64,000 nucleotides of DNA from Myxococcota bacterium (GCA_965223415.1 OZ245002.1:2816001-2880000); one strand, 5' to 3'; positions 54,676 through 64,000 are shown, counted from the first letter of the stretch. The notes: generated by a model not told the origin, from the letters alone. Translations and numbers: made by a program.

Positions 54676-54720
54676 TGACTGCCGGTCACCCCCTCCGGCC
54701 AGGAGGATGACTGAGAGTCA
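54676..54720. promoter_or_regulatory. Pair of TGAC-N5-GTCA palindromes (candidate repressor operators of the lipid operon)
   Basis: TGACTGCCGGTCA at 54676 and TGACTGAGAGTCA at 54708, 32 bp apart. Confidence 0.5.
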
Positions 54721-54886
54721 ATCGATGTCAACGGCGCTTCGGTGACTCCTCGCAGACCGATCGAGCAAGCCGTGTGCCGCTCTTCACGAATGCGAACTCA
54801 TCCCCTCCAAGTACCGGATTCTAGGCACCTTTCCGTGATGCCGGTATGAATGCCGTCCCCACGGGACCCCGACGTTCCATGCAGGC

Positions 54887-55657
54887 TCAGCCCATCCAGG
54901 CGCCATTGTTCGGATCGAGGGCCTGGCCGGTGAATCCGACGCCGGCCGGCGAGAGCAGGAAGGCCACCAGACCGGCGATCTCCTGGGGCTCGCTGATGCG
55001 CTGGAGGGGCACGTCGTCGAGCAGCTGCCGGCGCATGTCCGCATAGGGCCGCCCCTCCAGGTCGCCGAGCTCGGTCATTCGGTCCACCGCCATCCGGGTC
55101 TCCACCCAGCCGGGACAGATCGCGTTGACCCGCACCTGCTTCGGCGCGAGCTCCGCGGCCAGGGAACGCACGAGGCCGAGCTGGCCGGCCTTCGCTGCGC
55201 TGTAGGCGGAGATGCCGGGGACGCCGAAGCGCGCCACGCACGACGAGATCACGATCGCGTGCTTCGGCCCGTCGCCGGGCGCCAGGTGGTCCTCGAAGGC
55301 GCGAAGCGTGAAGTAGGCGCCGTCGAGGTTCGTGCGCACGATCGCGTCCCAGCGGTCCTCCCCGCCGTCGACGTCGTTGGGGCCACCGATGCCCGCGTTG
55401 GCCACCACGGCATGGAGCGGGCCGAGCTGCTCGCGGATGGCGGCGAAGGCCGCGTCGACGGCGCCGCGGTCCGCGACGTCGGCGGGAGCGACGAAGGCCG
55501 CGCCCTTCGCCTCGGCGGCCACCGCCTCGAGAGTCGCCCGGGTCCGCCCGATCAGGCCGAGCGCCGCGCCGTCCGCTGCGAGCCGGAGGGCGATGGCCCG
55601 ACCGATGCCGCTTCCGGCGCCGGTCACCACCGCCACCCGCCCGCGCTGGTCGACCAT
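54887..55657 (-). CDS. SDR family oxidoreductase
   Basis: TGAGSGIG, ANAG, YSAAK, CPGWVET. Confidence 0.9.
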   Translation of the reverse strand: MVDQRGRVAVVTGAGSGIGRAIALRLAADGAALGLIGRTRATLEAVAAEAKGAAFVAPADVADRGAVDAAFAAIREQLGPLHAVVANAGIGGPNDVDGGEDRWDAIVRTNLDGAYFTLRAFEDHLAPGDGPKHAIVISSCVARFGVPGISAYSAAKAGQLGLVRSLAAELAPKQVRVNAICPGWVETRMAVDRMTELGDLEGRPYADMRRQLLDDVPLQRISEPQEIAGLVAFLLSPAGVGFTGQALDPNNGAWMG

Positions 55658-55666
55658 GAGGCGAGG

Positions 55667-58441
55667 TTAGCCCGCATCCTCCGGGAGACCGACCTCGGCG
55701 AGGACGGAGACGAGCTCGGTGGAGCGCACCACCCGCACCTCGCAGCCGGGCGGTACCGCCTCGTTCAGCCTCGCGAAGTAGCGCTTCTCCGAGCGGCCCT
55801 CGACGATGACGACGATGCCCCGGTCCTCCTCGGTGCGGATCAAGCGGCCGGCCATCTGCTTCAGATTCAGCAGCATCTTGCCCAGCGACGACTTCTGGAA
55901 GGGCGAGATGCCGCGGGCCTTGAGCCGCTGCTCCCGGCGCTGGCGCAGCTCGGTCGGCACCTCGAAGGGCAGCTTCTCGATCACCACCGCCTGCAGCGCG
56001 TCGCCGGGGATGTCGATGCCCTGCCAGAAACGCCGGGCGCCGAGCAGCACCGCGGCACCGTTCGCGAAACGGCTCACCAGAGCGGCCGGGTCGTCGGAGC
56101 CGCGGCGCGGCGTGATCACGTCGATGCCCTCGGGACGCAGGCGCGCCGAGAGCTCGTCGCCCACCTCGTTCATGCGCTTCAGGCTGGTGAAGAGGCCGAG
56201 GCAACGACCGCCGAGCTCCTTGGCCAGGATCTCCAGGACGAGGGAGGTCTCGGCGACCAGATCCTGACCGCCGCGCATGGCGACCACGCGCATGTGTCGG
56301 TCGTAGGGGAACGGGCTGGGCACCGAGCCGCGCTGCAGGCGCTCTCCGGCCCGCTCCTCCAGCTCGAGCTCGCCCAGGGAGGCGAACGCGTCGCCTTCGA
56401 CGAACAGGCTCGCCGAGACGCCGGCAAAGGAGCGCAGCTCGTCCATCAACCCGGCGTGGAACGGAACGGCCGGCGAGACCTGACGCACGACCAGGCGCCA
56501 GCGATCGAAGGGCGGCAACACGCCTTCGAAGGCGGAGACGGAATCGGGCTGGGCCTCGTCGAAGGCGAGGCGCAGCCCGTGGGCCGACTGACGGAGGTCG
56601 TCGACGGCGCGCTCGAGCGCCGGCTCCGGCTCCTCCTCCATGGGAACGCGGTCGACAATCGCATCGAGGCGGTCCGCGGTGGTCGCGGCGACACGGCGTG
56701 CGGCCGCGAACTCGTCACCGGGGCTCTCGGGGATCTGCACCTCCCCGAATTCCCCGGCCAGCTCGGAGACGGCGCGGCCCAGGGCGCGGAAGTCCTGGTC
56801 GAGCTCGCGGCGCCAGGCCCGGGAGTCCTTGTCGAGGCGCGAGCGGGCCGCGCGAGCCAGGAGCGACTCGCCGCGCCGCTGCCGCGGTCCGACCGGCCGG
56901 CCGAAGATCTCGTCGAGGCGCTCGAGAGCCGCCTCCGGCCTCACCTCGAGGGCATAGGCCTCGTCCGCCACGAGGGCCAGCTCGTGGGCCTCGTCGGCGA
57001 TGACGTGCTGGAACTTCGGGTAGTCCGGCGGCCAGCGCAGCAGGAGGTCGTGGTTGGCGATGACGAGGTGGGCCTTGGCCAGGGCGGCGCGGCGCCGCCC
57101 GAAGGGGCAATCGCGCGCCTTCGCGCACTGCTCGCGCGTGCACTGGTCGGCGCGGGCGGCCACCGAGCGGCGCAGCAGGTCGCGCAAGGGGCCGTATCGG
57201 CGGAGCAGCGCCGCGGGCACGGCGCCGATCTCGCCGTAGCGACGCGTGCGCGCGCAGGCCTCGAGCACGGCGTAGGCGAGGCGGTCCTCGGGGAAGATGC
57301 TCTGCTCGCGCCCCTCGGCCAGCGCCACCTGGAGCCGGCGGGCGCAGGCATAGTTCGCTCGCCCTTTGATCGAGAGGGCCTGGAGGTCCGGGTAGCCGAG
57401 GAAGCGCGCGGTGGCGCCGATGTCGCGCTCGAGCAGCTGGTCCTGCAGGAGCTTGGTGCGGGTCGAGACGACGATCGGCATGCCCTCGCCGCGCTCGAGG
57501 GCGAAGGGGATCGCCGCGGCCAGGTAGGCGAGGGACTTGCCGACGCCGGTACCGCCTTCGATCAGCAGCACCTCGTCGTCGCCCAGGTTGCGGGCGAAGC
57601 GGCGGGCGAGCTCGGTCTGCTCCGGACGCACGCGGTAGCCGGGGAAATGGCGGAGCCCGCGGGCCTCGTCGGCCAGGGCGGCGGCGATCGCGTCCTCGTC
57701 GAAGGGCACCCGCGGCTCGTCGGTCCCGCCGATCGGCACATAGGCGGAGGTCTCCTCCTCGGCCGCTCCGTCCGTCGCCAGCGGCTTCTCGAGCAGGCCG
57801 AGCCACGGTGAGTCCGGCGCATAGGCCTCGAGGGCGCGGCGCGCCGTCGCATAACGAAGCTCTCCGCGCAGGGCGCCGCGGCCCGCCTGGGACATGACCC
57901 GCGCCGTGTCGAGGGCGTCGTCGAGGGCTCGGTGCTTCTCCTCCGTGTCCATCAGCATCCGGGTGAAGGACTCGAGGCGCAGGTCCGGCGCGTCCGGGTG
58001 GGTCAGGGCGAGGAGGTCGAGGGTGTCGAGGTAGTGGGCGTCGGCCAGGCCGGCGTGGAGCTGTCGCGAGAGGAAGGCGCGCTCGAACTCGGCGTTGTGG
58101 GCGACGATCGTGCGGCCGGCCAACGCCTCCGCGAAGGCGGGGGCGACCTCCGCCAGGGGCGGTGCGCTCTCGACGTCGGCGTCGTCGAGACCCGTGAGCC
58201 GCTTCACCGCCCGCGGCAGCGGGCCCCGCGGCTTCACCAGGGCCTGGAGGGTCTCGACCGACGACGGGTCGCTCCCGACCAGGAGCACCCCGAGCTCGAG
58301 GATCTCGGCCTCCGGGTCGTCCATCAGGCCGGTGGTCTCGAGGTCGACCACCGCCAGGGGACCGACACGCCCGGCGAAGCGGGCGAGCACGGCTCCGTCG
58401 AGTCCGATCTCCGCGGGCGCGGCCCCCCGCCGCCTGGTCAC
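55667..58441 (-). CDS. dinG: DinG-family helicase fused to an N-terminal DEDDh 3'-5' exonuclease
   Basis: DLETTG, AHNA, HRALDDA; GTGVGKS, Fe-S Cys cluster, DEAH, GIDIPG, Q..GRLIR. Confidence 0.88.
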   Translation of the reverse strand: MTRRRGAAPAEIGLDGAVLARFAGRVGPLAVVDLETTGLMDDPEAEILELGVLLVGSDPSSVETLQALVKPRGPLPRAVKRLTGLDDADVESAPPLAEVAPAFAEALAGRTIVAHNAEFERAFLSRQLHAGLADAHYLDTLDLLALTHPDAPDLRLESFTRMLMDTEEKHRALDDALDTARVMSQAGRGALRGELRYATARRALEAYAPDSPWLGLLEKPLATDGAAEEETSAYVPIGGTDEPRVPFDEDAIAAALADEARGLRHFPGYRVRPEQTELARRFARNLGDDEVLLIEGGTGVGKSLAYLAAAIPFALERGEGMPIVVSTRTKLLQDQLLERDIGATARFLGYPDLQALSIKGRANYACARRLQVALAEGREQSIFPEDRLAYAVLEACARTRRYGEIGAVPAALLRRYGPLRDLLRRSVAARADQCTREQCAKARDCPFGRRRAALAKAHLVIANHDLLLRWPPDYPKFQHVIADEAHELALVADEAYALEVRPEAALERLDEIFGRPVGPRQRRGESLLARAARSRLDKDSRAWRRELDQDFRALGRAVSELAGEFGEVQIPESPGDEFAAARRVAATTADRLDAIVDRVPMEEEPEPALERAVDDLRQSAHGLRLAFDEAQPDSVSAFEGVLPPFDRWRLVVRQVSPAVPFHAGLMDELRSFAGVSASLFVEGDAFASLGELELEERAGERLQRGSVPSPFPYDRHMRVVAMRGGQDLVAETSLVLEILAKELGGRCLGLFTSLKRMNEVGDELSARLRPEGIDVITPRRGSDDPAALVSRFANGAAVLLGARRFWQGIDIPGDALQAVVIEKLPFEVPTELRQRREQRLKARGISPFQKSSLGKMLLNLKQMAGRLIRTEEDRGIVVIVEGRSEKRYFARLNEAVPPGCEVRVVRSTELVSVLAEVGLPEDAG

Positions 58442-58454
58442 ACCGGGACCCCCG

Positions 58455-60101
58455 CTAGACGTAGATGCCGCCCTTGTACTCCCGGTCCTGGCGGATCTCG
58501 ATGTTGACGAGGGAGGGCTTGCCCGAGGCCACGCAGCGATCGAGGGCCGCGCGGATCTCGCCGGGCTCGGTCACGTGCTCGCCGTGGCCGCCGAGGGCCT
58601 CGACCACCTTGTCGTAGCGTGTGCGCTCGAGCAGCACGCCCTCGAGACGGTCCCAGCCGTAGATCGAGCCCTGGGGCCGCATCATCTGCCCCCAGGCCGC
58701 GTCGTTGCCGACGATGCCGATGATCGGCAGGCCGAAGCGGACGGCGGTGTCGTACTCCATGCCGTTGAAGCCGAAGGAGCCGTCGCCGTAGACGATGACG
58801 ACCGGGCGGTCCGGGTGCGCCAGCTTGGCGGCGATCGCGAAGGGCATGCCCACGCCGAGGGTGCCGAGCGGGCCCGGATCCATCCAGGCGCCGCGGCCCT
58901 TCACCGGGATGATCTTCGCGGCAGTAGCCACGATGTCGCCGCCGTCGCCGATCACGATCGGATCGCCCTGGGTGTCGAGCCAGTCGCGCACCTCGCGACA
59001 CATGCGCTGGGGATCGACCGGCACCTCGTCGCTGTCGAGGGCCGCCTGCACCTTGGCCTCGGCCTCGGTCTCGACGGCGCGGAGCTGGTCGCGCCAGCCG
59101 GAGTAGTCGAGCTGGATTCCACCGTTCTTCATCTCCTCGAGCAGCAGCTCGAAGGAGCAGGCCAGGTTGCCGACGAGAGGCACGTCGGTCTGCCGGTTCT
59201 GGCCGATCAGCGTGTTGTCCATCTCGAGCTGGATGATCTTCGCGTCGGCGGGGATGCTCTGGCCGAAGCGCATGCGGAAATCGAGCAGCGTGCCGGCGAG
59301 CAGGATGCAGTCGATCTGCTTGAGCGCGTCGCGGCGCGACCGGTTCAGGAACTCCGGGGAATCCGGCGGAACGCTGCCGCGGCCCATGCCGTTCGTGTAG
59401 GTGGGGATGTGGGTCTCGGAGATGAAGCGGTTCATCTCGTCGTAGGCCTCGGACCACTTCACGCTCGTGCCCGCCATGAGCATCGGGCGCTGGGCGTCCT
59501 TCAGGATCTCGATGGCGTTACGCACCTCGCTGCGATCCGGCGAGATGCGCGGCGCCTGGGTGCGAATCTTCGGCACGGGAGCCTGCTCCCACTCGGCCTG
59601 GCCCATGAAGATGTCCATCGGGATCTCGAGGTAGGCGGGGCCGGGGATGCCGGAGACGGCGTGGCGGATCGCCAGCTCGATGTACTCCGGGATGCGGTGG
59701 GTCTGGTAGATGGCGTCGCAGTACTTCGTGATGGGACGGACCACGCCGAGGTGATCCATCTCCTGGAGCGAGCCGCGGCGCAGGTTGTCGAAGGGCCCCT
59801 GGCCGCCGAAGACGAGGATGGGAGAATTGGCGCGCCACGCGTTGGCGATGCCGGTGACACCGTCGGTGACGCCCGGGCCGGCGGTGATGGCGGCGACCCC
59901 GATCTTGCCGGGGTTGCAGCGCGCCCAGGAGTCGGCGGCGTGGACCGCGGCCTGCTCGTGACGGACGTCGACGACCTTGATGCCCTCGTCGATGCAGCCG
60001 TCGTAGATGGGCATGATGTGGCCGCCCGAGAGCGTGAAGATCACCTCGACGCCGGCCTCCTTGAGGGCGCGGGCCGCGAGCTTTCCGCCGTGGACGGGCA
60101 T
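58455..60101 (-). CDS. TPP-dependent enzyme, acetolactate synthase / 2-hydroxyacyl-CoA lyase-like
   Basis: LSGGHI, RHEQAA, TAGPG, GDGSFG...NDAAWG. Confidence 0.85.
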   Translation of the reverse strand: MPVHGGKLAARALKEAGVEVIFTLSGGHIMPIYDGCIDEGIKVVDVRHEQAAVHAADSWARCNPGKIGVAAITAGPGVTDGVTGIANAWRANSPILVFGGQGPFDNLRRGSLQEMDHLGVVRPITKYCDAIYQTHRIPEYIELAIRHAVSGIPGPAYLEIPMDIFMGQAEWEQAPVPKIRTQAPRISPDRSEVRNAIEILKDAQRPMLMAGTSVKWSEAYDEMNRFISETHIPTYTNGMGRGSVPPDSPEFLNRSRRDALKQIDCILLAGTLLDFRMRFGQSIPADAKIIQLEMDNTLIGQNRQTDVPLVGNLACSFELLLEEMKNGGIQLDYSGWRDQLRAVETEAEAKVQAALDSDEVPVDPQRMCREVRDWLDTQGDPIVIGDGGDIVATAAKIIPVKGRGAWMDPGPLGTLGVGMPFAIAAKLAHPDRPVVIVYGDGSFGFNGMEYDTAVRFGLPIIGIVGNDAAWGQMMRPQGSIYGWDRLEGVLLERTRYDKVVEALGGHGEHVTEPGEIRAALDRCVASGKPSLVNIEIRQDREYKGGIYV

Positions 60102-60218
60102 AGGGGGGTCCTCCTCTGGTGGAGCGCAGACGGTACCAGAAACGCAGACGGGCAGGGGCCTGGGCCCCCGCCCGTCCGAAGATCGCATTGCGGGCCGCGA
60201 GGGCCCGCTCCGACGTCG

Positions 60219-60770
60219 CTACTGGATGACGCGGAACTCGGCGCGCCGGTTCCAGCGCCAGGCCGACTCGTCGTGGCCCTGCACCGCCGGCTTGCTCTCG
60301 CCGAAGCTCACGGTATCGACGCGGCCACCTTCGACGCCCGAGTCCGTGAGGTAGCGCTTCACCGCGTTGGCGCGGCGCTCGCCCAGCGCGAGGTTGTACT
60401 CCTCGCTGCCGCGCTCGTCGCAGTAGCCCTCGACGATGATCGTGCGCCACTCGGCGTTGCGAGCCGCCGCGTCCGCGTTGGCGCGCAGCGTCGGCCGCTG
60501 GTCGCCGCGGATCGCCGACTGGTCGTAGTCGAAGTAGACGGTCTCGAGCTCGGCCACACGCACGCCCTCGCCGCCCATACCGCCGGAGCTCATGTCGCCG
60601 CCACCGCCGATGCCGCCGTCACCGGCATCGAATTCACTGCCCGCTCCGCCGCCGCCGTCGGCGCCGGCCTCGTCGTCGCCACCGAACAGTGCACAGCCGC
60701 TGCTCAGGGCACCGGCCAGCAGCACGGTCAGGACCGTCGTCGTCACCTGTCCGAAGAGTCGTCGCTGCAT
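60219..60770 (-). CDS. pal: Peptidoglycan-associated lipoprotein (OmpA family)
   Basis: Lipobox LSSGC, VYFDYD, EGYCDERGSEEYNLALGERRA, SFGE.KP, NRR. Confidence 0.9.
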   Translation of the reverse strand: MQRRLFGQVTTTVLTVLLAGALSSGCALFGGDDEAGADGGGGAGSEFDAGDGGIGGGGDMSSGGMGGEGVRVAELETVYFDYDQSAIRGDQRPTLRANADAAARNAEWRTIIVEGYCDERGSEEYNLALGERRANAVKRYLTDSGVEGGRVDTVSFGESKPAVQGHDESAWRWNRRAEFRVIQ

Positions 60771-60965
60771 AGAGACTTCCACCCCCAAGGAATCCATGGA
60801 GTCCGCGCCCGCCCGTCCAGGACGCGGCCACGACCCCACCTTCGCCGCGGAGTGTCGGAACTCGGGAAGGAGCACGCAAGGGAACGGCGATGGAATTCCG
60901 ACTCACCTTTCGGGAGGTTGGGCAGGGCCGTGGCGATTTCCCATCGCCTCGCCGCGGGTCGGGCG

Positions 60966-61751
60966 CTAGCTGCCGCGGAAGGCGGGCTTCCGCTTCTCCA
61001 GGAACGCGCGCACGCCTTCCTTGTAGTCGTCGCTCTCGAAGCAGCGGGTGATGGAGGCGGCGACAGCCTCCCGGTCGCGCTCCGCCGGGTCCCGGACGAG
61101 CTCGCGGACGATCAGCTTGACGCTGCGCAGGGTGAGCGGTGCGTTGCCGGCGATGGCGAGGGCGCGCTTGCGCACGTGCTCCTCGAGGCGCGCCTTGGGC
61201 ACCACCTCGCTCAGGATGCCGAGCCGCAAGGCCTCCTCCGCGCTGAAGCGGCGGGCGGTGAAGAAGATCTCCTTGGCGGTGGCGGGACCCACCAGATCGA
61301 CGAGCGCCTTCAGGCCCGACTCGTGGTAGCCCAGGCCGAGCCGCGCGGCGGGAATGGCGAACACGCCGTCGTCGGCGCTGTAGCGGAGGTCGGCGGCCAG
61401 GGCCGTCGCCATGCCGCCGCCGACGCAGAAGCCGTGGATCATGGCGATGACGGGCTTGCCGATTTGGAGCAGCGCCCCGAAGGCGCGGCCCGTATCGCCC
61501 TCGTAGGCGATTGCCCTGGTGGCTCCGGTGCGCTTCTCCTCGAACTCGGAGATGTCCGCGCCGGACACGAAAGCCACGTCGCCGGAGCCGCGCAGCAGGA
61601 CGACCCGCACCTCCGGGTCCGCATCGAGCTCCTTCGCCGCCTCCGGGATCGCCGCCCACATCTCCGACGAGATCGCGTTGCGCCGCTCCGGATGATCGAA
61701 CACCAACCACCCGAGGGGCCCTTCCCTCTCGACCAAGATCCTGCCGCCCAT
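60966..61751 (-). CDS. Enoyl-CoA hydratase/isomerase (crotonase) family
   Basis: RRNAI, FVSGADI, KPVIA.I.GFC.GGG, EG.RAF.EKRKP.F. Confidence 0.9.
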   Translation of the reverse strand: MGGRILVEREGPLGWLVFDHPERRNAISSEMWAAIPEAAKELDADPEVRVVLLRGSGDVAFVSGADISEFEEKRTGATRAIAYEGDTGRAFGALLQIGKPVIAMIHGFCVGGGMATALAADLRYSADDGVFAIPAARLGLGYHESGLKALVDLVGPATAKEIFFTARRFSAEEALRLGILSEVVPKARLEEHVRKRALAIAGNAPLTLRSVKLIVRELVRDPAERDREAVAASITRCFESDDYKEGVRAFLEKRKPAFRGS

Positions 61752-61851
61752 CCACCGACCATAACCCAATACGGGAACGTCCCCGGTGTTGCATGCTGTC
61801 CGGATGGCGTTGCCTCCTCTTTCGACGCGGCGGGGACGGGCTGGGGACGGC

Positions 61852-63465
61852 GTGCGGAGCGAGAGGTCGTGCGTGCTGTCCCGGGGCGGGATGGTGTGCA
61901 CGAGCGTTCCGGCGGCCTCGGCAGCGGGGGCGGCGGCGCTCCGGCGGGGCGGCAATGCGATCGATGCAGCGATCGCGGCAGCGGCGGCGCTGTGTGTGGT
62001 CGAGCCCCAGTCGACGGGGATCGGGGGCGACGCCTTCGCGCTGCTGTGGTCGGCGCGGGAGGGGCGGCTACTCGGCCTGAACGGCAGCGGACGCGCCCCA
62101 GCGGCGGCGACCCTCGAGGCCTACCGGGCGCGAGGCCACGAGACCGTGCCGGGCCTCGGGATCCTGGCGGCGACGGTGCCCGGCGCCGTCGACGCCTGGG
62201 AGGCCCTCCACCGGCGCCTGGGCCGGCTTCCCTTCGGCGACCTGCTCGAGCCCGCCATCCGCCTGGCCAGGGACGGCTTCGCGGTAAGCGAGCTGGTCGG
62301 CCACTACTGGTTCGGCCTCTCCCGCATGGGCGTGCTCCAGAACGACGCGGCCCGCGCCTGCTGGACCCCGCGCGGGGAGGCGCCGCGGCCCGGCAGCTGG
62401 TTCCGGGTGCCCGCCCTGGCGACGAGCCTGGAGCGCATCGCCGCGAAGGGCCGCGCCGGCTTCTACGGGGGCCCCACCGCCGACGCCATCGTCGCCACCT
62501 CCCGGGAAGAGGACGGCTTCTTCGCCCACGAGGACCTGGAAGCCCACACCAGCCGCTGGGTCGAGCCCCTCGAGACGACCTACCGCGGCGTGCGGGTCGC
62601 CGAGCTTCCGCCGAACGGCCAGGGCCTCGCCGCCCTGATCGGACTGAACGTGCTGGAGGCGCTCGGCGCACCGCCGGACCTGGACGCGGACCCGTGCGAC
62701 TCCGCCCTGGCATGGCACTGGCGCATCGAGGCAATCAAGCTGGCCTTCGCCGATCGCGACGCCTACGTCGCCGACCCGGAGCACGCCGACGTCCCGGTCG
62801 AAGCGCTGCTCTCCCGCGAATACGCGCGGCGGCGCGCAGCCCTCGTCGGGGAACGGGCGCTGAACGCCGCGGCCCCAGGCCTCGCGGGCGACACGGTCTA
62901 CCTCTGCACCGCCGACGCCGAGGGAAACCTGGTCTCCTTCATCCAGAGCCTGTTCACCGGCTTCGGCAGCGGTGTGGGCTGCGGCGATACCGGCGTCGTG
63001 CTCCAGAGCCGCGGTGCCGGCTTCCGCCTCGACCCCGCCCACCCGAACGCCCTCGCGCCGGGCAAGCGCCCCTTCCACACCATCATTCCCGGCATGCTGC
63101 TGCGCGGCAACGAGCCCTGGATGGCCTTCGGCGTGATGGGCGGACACGTCCAGCCCCAGGGCCACCTGTGCTTCGTCTCCAATGTCGTCGACCACGGGCT
63201 CAACCCGCAGGAGGCCCTCGACCGCCCGCGCTTCCGCTTCGAGCAGGGGCGCAGCGTCAGGGTGGAGCAGCCGGAGCGGCCGGCCCGGGAGGGCGGCTCC
63301 CTGGGCGAGGCGCTCCTCGCGCGCGGACACGACGTGCAGGGCCCCGGCGACTGGATGGCCGACGTCTTCGGCGGCGGTCAGGCGATCCAGCGCCTTCCCG
63401 ACGGCGTGTGGGCCGGGGCCAGCGACCGGCGCAAGGACGGCTGCGCCCTCGGTCCCGACGACTGA
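61852..63465 (+). CDS. ggt: Gamma-glutamyltransferase family protein
   Basis: GGNAIDAAIA, GIGGD, TVPG, PPNGQG, DT nucleophile, PGKRPFHT, GVMGG..QPQ, SD.RKDG. Confidence 0.9.
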   Translation: MRSERSCVLSRGGMVCTSVPAASAAGAAALRRGGNAIDAAIAAAAALCVVEPQSTGIGGDAFALLWSAREGRLLGLNGSGRAPAAATLEAYRARGHETVPGLGILAATVPGAVDAWEALHRRLGRLPFGDLLEPAIRLARDGFAVSELVGHYWFGLSRMGVLQNDAARACWTPRGEAPRPGSWFRVPALATSLERIAAKGRAGFYGGPTADAIVATSREEDGFFAHEDLEAHTSRWVEPLETTYRGVRVAELPPNGQGLAALIGLNVLEALGAPPDLDADPCDSALAWHWRIEAIKLAFADRDAYVADPEHADVPVEALLSREYARRRAALVGERALNAAAPGLAGDTVYLCTADAEGNLVSFIQSLFTGFGSGVGCGDTGVVLQSRGAGFRLDPAHPNALAPGKRPFHTIIPGMLLRGNEPWMAFGVMGGHVQPQGHLCFVSNVVDHGLNPQEALDRPRFRFEQGRSVRVEQPERPAREGGSLGEALLARGHDVQGPGDWMADVFGGGQAIQRLPDGVWAGASDRRKDGCALGPDD

Positions 63466-63527
63466 ACCAGCGTTCCAGCCGAAACTGGAACTAGCGTTCC
63501 GCTGGAGACTGGAACTAGCGTTCCGCT
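63461..63527. repeat. Three ~24-bp tandem copies, each with a GGAAC/GTTCC mini-hairpin
   Basis: ACTGGAACTAGCGTTCCGCT exact at 63484 and 63508; degenerate copy at 63461. Confidence 0.75.
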
Positions 63528-64000
63528 CGCCGCCGCCACGTGAGGGCGAGTGCCGCCGCCCCGCCGAGCACGAACAGGCTGGGCTCGGGAACCCCGCCGA
63601 CCGTCTCGGACCCGTTCGGCGTCGAGGTGCCCTGGATGTGAAGGGCCATCTGCGCCTCGATCCCGCCGCTGGTGAAGCTGCTCAGGAGCAGGTCGGCGAC
63701 GGCCAGGGGCTCGTTGGCCGAGAGCGTGAAGCTGGCCGTCTGGAGGACGCCGTTGCCCTGGGGGCCGCCCCCGTTGCCGAAGCTCACGCCGTGGGTGAAG
63801 GAGCTGCCCGCAGCGCCCGCCACCGAAGGGCTGGTCAACAGGGTGTAGGCGCTGTTGGGCGCGTCGTCCGCCGTGATGGCAAGCCCGGTGAAGCTCCCCA
63901 CCAGGTTGAAGTAGAGCTCGTGGAGATCCTCGCCGGCGCCGAGCAGGCCACCGAGAGTGATCGTGAAGTCCAGGTCCCCACCGTTCTCGACGACGTCGAC
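63515..64000 (-). CDS. PEP-CTERM sorting-domain protein (5' part beyond window)
   Basis: C-terminal VPEPSLFVLGGAAALALTWRRRAER; frame open to position 64000. Confidence 0.85.
   Translation of the reverse strand, partial: VDVVENGGDLDFTITLGGLLGAGEDLHELYFNLVGSFTGLAITADDAPNSAYTLLTSPSVAGAAGSSFTHGVSFGNGGGPQGNGVLQTASFTLSANEPLAVADLLLSSFTSGGIEAQMALHIQGTSTPNGSETVGGVPEPSLFVLGGAAALALTWRRRAER

Noticed and set aside
63461..63527. Possible mini-CRISPR array
   Set aside because: Intervening sequences are only a few nt, there are no unique ~30-nt spacers, and no cas genes are present.
1..64000. Prophage, IS, integron, defence island, tRNA or rRNA
   Set aside because: I recognised no integrase, transposase, phage, nuclease-defence or structural tRNA/rRNA signatures, and composition looks uniform by eye.

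Overview
A very GC-rich, densely coding bacterial chromosomal segment. The gene content (Pal, LpxL, PEP-CTERM, split CofG/CofH) fits a diderm of Myxococcota/deltaproteobacterial type, which is an inference. I saw no rRNA, tRNA, CRISPR, transposase, integrase or phage genes. Main blocks, in order: (1) a minus-strand 2-oxoacid dehydrogenase operon (E1a, E1b, E2) coupled to an XRE-cupin regulator and a methionine gamma-lyase-like gene; (2) a ClC-CBS-TrkA_C channel and an FMN glutamate synthase; (3) a TPP riboswitch with thiC; (4) a candidate 6S-like structured RNA directly upstream of a divergent DnaA paralogue that appears to lack the arginine finger and the canonical DnaA-box signature; (5) cofG-cofH (F0/F420) next to a siroheme sulfite/nitrite reductase; (6) a surface-polysaccharide cluster (GT-C-like, epimerase, Wzy/WaaL-like, GT2, SGNH, secreted PKD protein, clan-A glycosidase); (7) a nine-gene type II fatty-acid/lipid operon with a ~1860-aa single-chain acyl-CoA carboxylase, its own PPTase, an atypical ACP and a PlsC-like acyltransferase, but no FabD; (8) DinG-exonuclease, a TPP enzyme, pal, a crotonase, ggt and a partial PEP-CTERM gene. 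Non-coding signals are two copies of a perfect AT-rich REP-like palindrome between convergent genes, paired TGAC-N5-GTCA sites upstream of the lipid operon, and at least nine genes with a TAnnnT -10 box 5-7 nt before the start codon, suggesting leaderless mRNAs. All protein calls come from motifs recognised by eye; no database searches were run.
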